A stretch of DNA of 64,000 nucleotides from Euglena gracilis. Its lineage: Eukaryota. Location: positions 27,803,735 through 27,867,734 of the forward strand of contig CP154954.1 in NCBI GenBank assembly GCA_039621445.1, read 5' to 3'. Made by a program: the position numbers and the translations under genes. This document shows, piece by piece, positions 47,294 to 57,451 of the stretch. Each line of letters begins with the position of its first letter. Position 1 is the stretch's first letter. The notes beneath the pieces were generated by a model. That model searched no databases. It saw nothing but the letters and a program-made list of their open reading frames with translations, and was not told where the DNA came from.

Positions 47294-49994
47294 GATGTCT
47301 ACCGCGGTCGGTTTCCCGTCTTGCCATGTTGCCAGCAACAGGTCCGCTGGTCGCAGGGAGGCGTCTGGCTGGTTTGGTACTGGCACCTCGCGTTGGACAC
47401 TCTGGCCGTTCGCGGACAGGAGGTTGAATAAGGCTTCCTGAACGGCGTTGTGTCGGCTTGCAAAGTTGTTCCGAATGCAGCACATGTCGTGATCCCCGTG
47501 GATGTCTGCCACAGAATGGCACCCCGCGCACGTGGTTGGCGTGTCAGCCAGGGGCAGCCCAAGGCACCACTTTAGGCCAAGGCAGTAGTCGGCGGGCTCA
47601 ATCACCGTGTGCGGAGCCTCATTGGGGGCTGCTGCCATCCAGCCGTGGCCGATACCGTTGAGCTGATCCATAAGACGTGTCTGGTCCCTTGCAGACCACG
47701 TGGCGATGAGGGCGTCCACATGGGCCTTGGATAGTTGGGTCTGCCACCATTTCTGCGAGGTGTCATTTGCCGATGCAGAGGCGAAGGCTGCTGATGCTGT
47801 CAGCCGGTTGCTCTCAGGGTGACGGGTGCCGAGGACGGAGCCAAGGTCACTGGCGGCTTGCTGGCAGAGCCGGTCGTCCGGGGCGGCCGCGTAGCTTGGA
47901 CATGCGACCCGCTTATGTCCATGTGTGTAGAACTGGCACAGGGCGGCGGTACGGGCTGCTGCTTGGTGGGAGGCGGGAATACGAAGGCCACACCCACCTT
48001 GTGACAGCGGTAGCGAGGCCTGCAGGCGGTGGTCTGTGCTGAGGGCTTGGCCGATGATGTCCTTAAAGGCACCGAAGATCGTCTCACTGCACCGAATCAC
48101 TTCACCCTGCGCCTGGTAGGGATCAGAGGCGCGCAGGAGGTGGTTAACTCTGCAGCCGTCCAGTCAAGACCTCAGGATGTGGTGCGCCAGCTGGGGGTCA
48201 GTGACCGAGGTGACTAGGTCCGCAGCCTGTTCCAGCTTGGTTGTTGCCTCCGTCCATGCTGCCACTGTGTGCCCTGCCGTGGTTGGGAAGTCGACGGGGC
48301 AGCCCAGGACAGTGATCCCAGAGCCCTCGACCCAGGGTACAACTTGAACCTTCTCGCGGTCAGGGAGTGCGCCAGCAGCCGGACCCCATACGACGCATTT
48401 CGCCGGGTTCAATTGGACCCCGTTGCGTGCGCCTTCGGTCCGCAGGAACTCGAGGCACTTCTGCAAAGCCCAGGGCTCACCGACAAGCACCCCATCATCC
48501 AGGTACCATGAGGACCAGAGCAACTCTGCTTGCTGGCTGATGGTCTCGCTGATGGTGTGGAGGCCCACTGCAAAGCCGATGGGTCCCAGGGGGCAACCCT
48601 GGTGTGTGCCTCTCGTGGAGTGGAGCACGCGTCCTCCGCTGAACAACGGTGCCGGCTGGCCGTAGGCGAAGCGCAGGTAGTTGAAAAGCGCTGGAGTGCG
48701 CGTTTGCACTTCTTGTAGAAGGACATTTCTGTCCGGTGTGTTGAAGGCGTTCTTCAGGTCCACCTGAAGAATGGCCCAGTTCCCCTGCGGATCCAGTTTC
48801 CGGACCAGACTTTGGGTTGCCATGGCGACGGATTCGGACGCATTGGGGACCCCAACCCCTACCTGCAGGGGACTCAGCCGGCCCACTTAGTCCTTGGCGG
48901 CGCCGGTGTGTAGGAGGGCTTTCCCAACCAATCGCCGAAGGGGAATCGCGCTTACCTGCCGTGACTCCCCGGTGCACCGTGGACCACATTATTATCAACC
49001 TGGTGGACAACTCCCCTATTGCCGAGCGCCCACCAAGACGGGCCGAGGGAGCCTCTTGTCCTGCGGGGACATTGAAAGCAACCCAGGTCCGCCGGGAGGC
49101 AGAAAGAGGTCAGCCACGTCGGTTGTCGTGTCCGCGGAGGCGCCTCGTGACAGCACAAAACGATTTAGCACACCCAGCTGACGACACACCCATGGCTGTG
49201 GTGGTCGACCAAAGCGGAAAGAACTCTGACCTCCGTCACGGTGGCCCGCCCGGAATCACCATCCCGCCCCAGCCGGCCAACCTCCAGGAGGTCTTCCTCT
49301 GCCGCGCAAACACGGTCCTTCATGTGCCTGCGGCCAACCAACGTGACGTGTCCGAGACCCTCTCCAATGTCATAGAGGAATACGTCAGCAGGCCAACCAT
49401 GGACAGCCTGTTCGCCACCCTCGCCTTCCTCAAACTGGTGCTTCGGACAGTCCAAAGTGCGGGGCGTGAGGCCGATGAGGACATCTCCACCGCGATCAGG
49501 CGGCGCGTCCAACTGTTCCGGCAAGGGGACAATGGAACGCTGATGACAGAGCTGAGAAACGCCACCCGTCTCCCACCAGCGTCCATCGAGACGCGGGCAG
49601 CCAAAAGAGCACGCACCGAGCCCGCCGCCATACCGGCCGCTGTTCTCCGCCGTGCCTGCACGTTGGTGGGGGAAGGGGCCCCTGCGAAGGCCCTGCAAGT
49701 TCTCTTGTTCGAAGGAACCCACCGCTCTTCCGATCCGGCTGTCTGGGTGAAACTGCAGGAGTTGCATCCCGCTGGACGCCCAGTAAGCCTTGATGCGCTG
49801 CCCGGCGAAGTACCACCGTTCCCAGATGGTAAACAGGTGCGGTGGAAGGAGCTCCTCAGGGACGCAATACTCCGTTTCCCTCGGACCTCCTCGCCGGGCC
49901 CTTCTGGTTTGCGCCCTTGCGCCTTGCCGCCTTATTTTTTTTTTGGATTACTCTGGTGTGCTGGGTTAGGCCGAAGTCCTGTGCAGGTGAGAGT
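47294..49994. repeat. Direct duplicate of 20151-22848 (part of element F plus the 3' tip of G)
   Basis: Near-identical, including the F inversion junction; scattered SNPs and indels. Confidence 0.95.
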
Positions 49995-51571
49995 AATGCA
50001 CATACCAAGTTCTCAAGGAGGGAGGGGGGGAGAATCGAGGGTGAGGTGAAGGGCGGTGAAGGGCACAGTACGGAGGGGGGATTGCGAGTGTGAGAGGAAA
50101 GTGTACAGCGGCTGGGAAGGTTTAATAGAACGGCCATGGAGACTGTTGAGTGTTGAGGTTGTGGCAGCGACAAGTTTAGGTTTTGGGGAGTTGGCTCAGG
50201 GAAGGCTCTGTTTTCAGTGCGGTAAGGGTTTGGACGTCATTGTAGACTTGGTCCATTCGTTGCAAGGTGTTTTTTGCTTGTTTTTTGGTTTAATTGGTCT
50301 TGTGGTTAGTTATGCGTACGGTTGGCGTGTCATGGAGCCTTCGGCCCTGTGGTCAAATTGCTCACTCCGTTTCATATGGGCAATGGGTGGTGGGTTACAC
50401 CGTTCCAGATGGCTCCGCCACAGTTCCCCAAGCCTCAGGCGGGCCAGTTCTCTTGCCAATGTCTGACACAGGTTGCTGATGGTTGGGTACCTTTGTTTAC
50501 TTTTTTGACAAGTTGTGGATGGTTTAAGGACAATTTTTTGTTCTGGGTCTAGGAGTCGTAGTGGTCTTCTTTACAGACAATACGGCTGGTGTATGGTGTT
50601 GGTTACTTCTGGATCTGTGTCGTTGCCTGCATACCGTCCCCAGATTACTTGTCGCGCGATCTCTCGCGCAACAGTTATTGATAGAAGTTGCCATGTGTCT
50701 GCTTCAGTTTTGCGTTTTGACCATGCATCTTGTTGACCGAGGAGAAGTTTCATCAGTGTTGACATTAAGGATAGCGCTTCTTGGCCTAGGCTGCCATAGC
50801 AGTCAACAACAAATGGAAGGCAGGTCCATCCCATCCTCCCACAGGTGGCGTCATATTTTGAATGTTTTTCTTTCTCTTGGCGTTCATACCATTCAGTTAG
50901 TTCAGCTGTGTCACGCAACGGTCTGTACGGTGCTGCTGTGTGTCTCACTGTGATGTCCACTGCTCCAGGACCATTGGCGTCAAGTCTGCTGATGAGGACA
51001 TCGCCCGGGCGTGTTCTCTCTGGACCTCCTTGTTCTTTTTTTTGCTGTAAACCCAGCATCATGTGCCAGTTGGAACACAAAGTCCTGGATTGCACCATGT
51101 CGCCGCGTGATGCCACTTGAGCTGCAGCATACAAGGTGATTACCCAGGTTGACCATTGGCTTGGTGCAGCGTGGGCACGTTGATCCCGTTGGTGGGCAAA
51201 CTGGTGCTCCCAGTGACCACTTTAGAAATCCTTTGAATTCGGCAGAAGCGACCAATGTTTTCAGTCCACAGGATGGTGTGACAGAAGCCCAGGCCATTGC
51301 GTGGGGCCGCTGTTGGCTTGCGAACCGGACGGCGTCTTGACCGTGAAGGTTGGAGGATAATACCTTTTGTCGTTGTTTCGCAAAGCATTCACCCCACCAC
51401 TTCTGTTGAATGTGAGGGCTTTGGGCTTCGTTCAGGAGTGATACATCCGCGGCCCATGTTTGCGTTGGGGGAGTTCCTTCGAGGACGGAGTTGGCAGAGG
51501 ACAGGCACTCCGCAGTGTCTTTCGGTACTCCTCTGCCAGGCCCAGGGTGCGTCTGCCATTGCTGACAAACG

Positions 51572-53137
51572 TCACAATGCCGGATATACGTGCTGGGAGA
51601 CGTTCCCGTGATGGGTCCCGAATTCCGAGTCCGCCGAGGGTAGGGTGGCCTGAGCCCATTGGTTGTCATCGATTGGGGATCCAACAATGTTGCTCATTGT
51701 GTTCCTGATTTCTTTGGTCAACAGAGCACATGCGTCATTTGCCTGCCCCAGTTCTGTTGCACGCAGGAGGTCATTAACTTTGCAAGCATCTAGGCAGGTT
51801 CGTAAGAGGCAGAACTGAATATGGGCTTGCGGCAGGTTCAAAAGTGCCCGGCAAGCTTTCTGCACACCTGTTGCACGTTCAGCCCACACTTCCCCCGCAA
51901 AGCCTCCACTTTGTGGATGGCATACCGGGATTCCCAGGGCCCGTATACCAGAATTAGGAGAGTAGTTCACGATTGGGACTGCACGAAGTGGGCTGTTTTG
52001 CGGCATTTCAGCACGATTGGCTTCTGTTGCTGCAGGGCCCCACAGGCGGCATTTTTTTGCGTTGAGGTGTATGCCTAGTAGCGTCCCCTGTCGTTGAATT
52101 TCTGTAATTGCTGCATGTAATTGTGGGAGGGTTCCCAGGATGTGTCCATCATCCAAATACCACAATTGCAGTGGCACCACGTCTTGCAAGGACTCGACGA
52201 GAGATTGCAACGCCAAGGCGAATCCGGCTGGGCCACAAGGGTCCCCTTGTTGTACGCCAGAGGCACTCCGAAGGTGTGATGACCCACAAAAGAGCGGGCT
52301 GTGTTCGACGTAGCAACTCTCGAACCAAACGTACGCCTCCGGGCAGCGTTTAGCCACTTCAGCAACGACTGTCTTTCTTTTCACACAATTAAAAGCATTG
52401 CTGAAATCTACCTGTAACAAAGCCCAGGTGTTGTCCTGTTGCATGTGCAGGTGATTCACTTCTTGCTGCAGTCCCATAGCAATGAGTTCACATGCCCCCT
52501 GGACCCCTACACCGCATTGTAGTGGCTGCAGTTCTTTAAGGAGGTCCCTGATTTTGGGGTGCCTCATCAAATATTTGCCCACCAATCGGCGCAGGCATTC
52601 CCCAGCTGCAATTGGTCGCGTGCCATCCTTCTTTGGGTCAGGAATGGGGTTGGCATTGCCAAGCTCATCAAGGTTTTCGCTTGGATTGCAGGGTTTTCGA
52701 AGAGGAGTCAAACGGGCACCAGCGAAAACCCATGCCGCAGAGTTGTGAATTCCGTTTGTCAAACATGTTCGGACGAATTGGTCCAAAATTGTGAGGAGTT
52801 GTTCTGATTGTGTCCCCAGGAGATCAGAGAGTATGTCTTTAAGATGATCTGGACGAAGTCCAGACGGTCCTGGTGAGGACTCCTTCGGGAAAGACATGAC
52901 TGCTTTCCGTATTTCAATTAGGCGCTCCCTGGTTGCATCTTCACTGAGATCGAATTCGAGGCGAGGGAAGTCCGGAGGCAGATTTTGCCTTCCAGGTTGG
53001 GGTTCAGGAGGGTGCAAGGCAGCCAACCGTTCCAAGATTAGCGGGTCATCTGCATCTTGGATTCCATCAGAAGTTGGCATGCGGCAGGCTTTACTGACCG
53101 CTCCATGGCTGACAAGGCTTTGAACACGGTTGCACAA
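51572..53137 (-). pseudogene. Reverse transcriptase domain of G1
   Basis: SSPGPSGLR, GTRPIAAGECLRRLV, QCGVGV, VDFSNAFN, GVQQGDPCGP, WYLDDG, LNAKKC. Confidence 0.95.
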
Positions 53138-53939
53138 TCTTTATTGGCTTTCTGCATCGAATTTTTTTGTCTGACTTCGTGTTCTCTTCTTTGGGTTTTG
53201 TGCATCGCGAATTTGGCGAGTCTCATCCCACGAAGCTTCTGTGAACCGGTTGAGGTAGGCATTGGCTCCCTCAGAAATTTTCTGTCCAACTGCAGCCCAA
53301 TGGCTTTTCCCGCTCCGCTTCAGTGGAGCCAGCACAGCTTTTGGGAAGCACCAAAGTGTGTGTAGGGTTTCCTATCCTGGTTTTGATACAAAGCGACTGA
53401 GGGTGCTGCAAAAGGCGAGCCCAACGTTTCGCAACGCTCCCCGTGGGATATGGACCAACGTGCCTCGCGTGTCTTGGGAAATTTCTTCCCAAGATGGCTG
53501 CAGTGGTGGGCAAGGTTGCGAGAAGGGAGTGACTTGCAGCGTATCAGCGTTCGTCGAGGATTGCGCTGGTGCTACAGCCACGGGGTGCTGCGGCCTTCGA
53601 CCACTTTGGCACTGTTGCTCTTGCCCTTGTGGTGAGGACGGCACAAAATTCTCAATCATCCCCTGGCCCTGCGGCGCACACCCGTGAATTTCGGAAATCG
53701 CTGAGCGCACCCGGGACTCTAGTTCGTCAATTACCATGATTTGTTCAGCTGCGGGTGCCCCGGGGCCCCCGTTCAAACTGGGAAACGGCATTATAGCCTG
53801 GGACAAAGTAGGCGAGAACAGCGGCGTCGAGTGCATTGGAAACCAAGATCCAAGGAGCGGTAGCTCCGTCAGCCACAGCAGAGGTCTGTGCGGCTGAGGC
53901 CATTTCAACGTCCTCCTGCTGGGGAGGGCGGGTTTTTGT

Positions 53940-55302
53940 GGGACCTGGGTTGCTTTCAATGTCGCCACAACTGGCAAGGCTTTTGCCCCTGCCACACCAG
54001 GGGGGACTGTACCCATACCGCGTTTTTTCCTGGTCAATCGGTTGCCGTAAGTGGTTGGCGTGCCCTGGGGCCACATTAGACAACTTAGAAGGCCCTGGGG
54101 CCATAGTGCAAGTCGGTCGTCGGCAATGGGGCCGGGTGCTAGGTCGCAGGGATAGGGGTCCTTCACGTGGGGTTATCCGGTGAATAGGTCCTGGCTCAAG
54201 CTGAACGTCACCACAAAGTGTGACATCTTGGTGTGTGGGCCTCTCGGTTTTGACAGCGTGGTTAGGGCTTATGTCACCTTGTTGGTCACCGCGTTGGCAG
54301 TTTGGTTGTCTTTGTGCTGTCCGTCGTGCCCTCCGGACGTGACGGTCAACAAAAAAACTGCTGATCTTGTCGGACGTAACAAGGCCATGATGTCCAGGAT
54401 ATCAACGGTGTGTACATTCAATGGGGAGAGGTCGGACGAGGAGGGCTCCGTTGGAGGTACTTTGGGGAAAGTGCTCTCGGCCAGAGAACGTTGGGTAGTG
54501 TCATTTGGTGAATGGGGGGCAGGTAGAAATGAAAAGCCTCGCCGATGTTGCATACTTCGGACCATAAACAAGTCAGCAACCACATAATGGCATGCACACT
54601 CGATGGGGAGTCGTGACGTGGTGGTCGATGTGGCCATAGCCCTATGAGCACAAACAGAACTCCTCTCAAAACTTCCCAACATTCGGTGAGCTCATAGACG
54701 GTAGTGTCCTGAACCAGGACATCGGAAGGGAAGGCGTCTCGGAACGTTTGAAGTTCTGCATCCACCTCTTGAAGGCTCGCCAGCAGTCTGTGCCGAACGA
54801 AGTTTTCTTGAAGTCCCCTGGAGACAGGGATTGTCGGTCTTTCCATGGTGGCCAGACGGAAGTAGATGGGTCCTGGTTGTGTTTGGACGTCACCATGGGT
54901 GGTGATTCGTTCCCCCCTACTTGTCGGCTGGTGTCCTTCTGAAAACTTTTCCCGGGTTTGTTCTACGGTGTATCCTCGGCTTGTTACAGAGTGTACTTTT
55001 GCTGTCTCAGTAGATGGAAATACTGTGGCTGAAAAAACAGGGCAGGTTTCCCTGTGGTGCAGGCACCAACCTGCCGAGGCAGTGATGGTTTCAATGTCAC
55101 ACAAAGTGCATTTCAGCCAGTATGTAGCTTTGGGAAGAAGTGTACGGGAGGAGCCATCGGGGCCTTGCCGCAATGGTATTTCGGCCTTGATCCGAAAGAA
55201 AGCAGTCATGTTCATGGCAACAAGTTGGTCCAATAGATCCATGACTTCACCACAGGGTCCATCAAATGCCGTCGGCGGGCCTGGATTGGTTTCCACATCA
55301 CC
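53940..55302 (-). other. Four 2A-like motifs in G1
   Basis: GDVETNPGP 55276-55302; GDVQTQPGP 54868-54894; GDVQLEPGP 54186-54212; GDIESNPGP 53940-53966. Confidence 0.85.
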
Positions 55303-57343
55303 CATTGTTGTCAGGGAATCACCTCGCCCCGTCTTCAGAAATGCGTCTTCCGGCTTCTTCCCCCCGTGTGGGCCTGCAGAGCAGAGGTGTATGTTGCCGA
55401 CTGTTTCTGCCATGTGGAATTTTTTTGTGGCAGCACAAGAGTAATAGTCCGACAGGGAGTCATTTGAGTCATCAAGATCGCTGGCGGTCCATACAGACGG
55501 GGAAAGACGATCAGCCTATCCAACCTCACACGCAAACTGTAACGGTCTGGGCATGTCATACATCTGCCAAATTCTTGGGCAGTATCGCCAGGCAATGGGC
55601 AGGGTTGGCTCTCGGGAGGGTGTCTGCCTCTTCTTTGTCCTCGGGGGGCGGACTGCTTCTGCTGCAGGCACTTTTTGTTTGATTTTTTGTGCGATAGCTC
55701 GGCGTACTTTTTCTATGTGCAACATGTCCACTCCCTCTTCACGTTGTTCGTCTGGTCGGTGTTGATGAAGAATCTGGGCGATTCTGATCCGTTCCAGGAT
55801 GAGGTTCTTTTTTGGTGGGGGGGGGCGATTGCACAACGTTTGTCGCTGCCAGTGGCAACGTGAGTTTCATGTCTGTGTGCACCATTTTTTGTGACTGCCA
55901 AATGTCCACTGTTCTGCCAATGTCGACCCACTTTTCCTGAATGTTGGCCAGTTTTCTGGCGACCATCTCGTGAAATAAAATGCCTCCTGCTTGCTGTCTC
56001 ATGCGCCTTCTCCAAAAAAATTCTTCCCTGAAGGACCGAAACTCTGGTGTTTCCCAAACTGGGACCCCTTCAAGGGGGGTGTTGGGTGGGGAGGCTGGTA
56101 AATCTGTTGCCTGGGGGGGTCTTGCCATTGAAAGGGGCTGGGTTCCTCCTGCAGGATCACTGTGCCCAGTTTTGCCCACTGTGTGCCATCAAACATGGTG
56201 GGTTTTGTTGGAATTTTAAAAATGCGAAATGGTGGGCCTGGCCCCCCCCCTCTCTTGCAGGGGGGCTGATATTGGGGGGCTGGTGCTGAGATCTTTTGGG
56301 GTTGCATTTGGCTGGGGTTGATGATCCTCCTCTTTTGGGTGGGGGGGGGGTTGTTTTGCAGACTCCCTTTGATACGGAGTTGCCTTGGGATGAAATTCTT
56401 GATCCACTTGTTTTACTGGGTGAAGGTATTGTGTTGAGTTGTCCCCTCTTTGGGGGGGACTTTGTGAGACAAAAGACAAAGGGAAAGCTGCAGGCAGAAG
56501 AGCACATTGGAAGGCTGATGGTGATGCCAGTACCACATCTGGGATTAAGGGTGCTGGCAGGCTAGGGTTGTGTAATGGTGTTGGGGGGTACTTCTGAACT
56601 CTGGCCTGTGCTGAAAAAGGCTCTGAGGCTTCTGAAGAGTTCAGCCTCTCTCCTTCTCTGCTCCTCTTCTCTGATCCAATTCTTCCTCTGGTCATCTTCT
56701 CTGCTCCAGTTTGATTGCAGTGGTTGCTGAGATTGCTGGGGTTCACCCCAAAGGTTGGTCTGTGATGGAATGTACATTTCTATGATTGATGTGACAGATG
56801 GACATACTTGATTTCTGCCCACTGGTGGGCATTGGAATGGGTTGTTCACTGGAATGCCCACTGATGGGCTTGACTGTGGAATGCCCACTGATGGGCTTGC
56901 TGTACAGTGGGGCCCCAGACTCACTTGCTGATGGAGCTGGGGCTGAGGAGAACTCTGTTGAGATATATGATAACTGGGTCGACCTCTCTGCCATGGGGGC
57001 TTGTAATCTCTTCCAAACCTTCTCTGTAGGTACTCTTCATGCTCTTCCCTCTCTTGCCATGTCCTCTTCTTTCTCTGTGAGCTGCTGTGTTGACTTTCTC
57101 TGTCACTATGTACAGGGCGGTCAGCAATGAGTCGTTGTGCCACAGCAGTGGTTAGCACAGGCACCAACAGCGGTAACAACATCTTGGCCAGCAGCTCCAA
57201 CTGTCCAGTGTCCACTGCAACAGTAGGTGTACTTGAAGGGTTGGTTGTGGTAGCAGCTTGGTTGACAAGGGGTGTATTGTCTTGAGCCTTGGGGTCTTCT
57301 GGAGGGCCATCCGGCCACTTTGCAGCCATGGTGATTATGCAGA

Positions 57344-57368
57344 CGAAAAAAAATAGACACTCAGAAAG
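57344..57368 (-). other. Euglenid spliced-leader exon copy at the 5' end of G1
   Basis: CTTTCTGAGTGTCTATTTTTTTTCG matches 25 of the 26 nt of the Euglena gracilis SL as I recall it; followed by TCTGCATAATCACC-ATG, not by an SL-RNA intron. Confidence 0.9.
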
Positions 57369-57451
57369 CCTTATGAGTGTCTTATGAGAATTTTTTTTTG
57401 GAAATTGGAACTCTCCGACCTGTCTTCAGCGGCCTAGGAGGATCACTCCGA

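Larger units (their letters stand above)
49970..57368 (-). mobile_element. Full-length CRE-like retrotransposon G1 (7.4 kb): SL, ATG, multi-2A region, RT, RLE, 3' UTR
   Basis: SL at 57344-57368; ATG 57329; frameshifted chain of ORFs to the stop at 50571; RT and RLE (RPGDVLI, AVDITVRH, KHSKY) motifs; A10 tail at 49935-49944. Confidence 0.92.

Noticed and set aside
49963-49970. Telomere targeting (GGGTTAGG at the G1 3' end; GGTTAGGG near 8268)
   Set aside because: Single short matches, absent at G2 and other ends; compatible with chance.
51572-53137. Prokaryotic RT system (retron, group II intron, DGR)
   Set aside because: The RT is followed by a CCHC knuckle and RLE nuclease, with A-tails and 5' truncations typical of eukaryotic CRE-like LINEs.
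57344-57368. A true SL-RNA gene
   Set aside because: No GT-starting SL intron after the exon and no tandem SL gene unit; an ORF follows instead.
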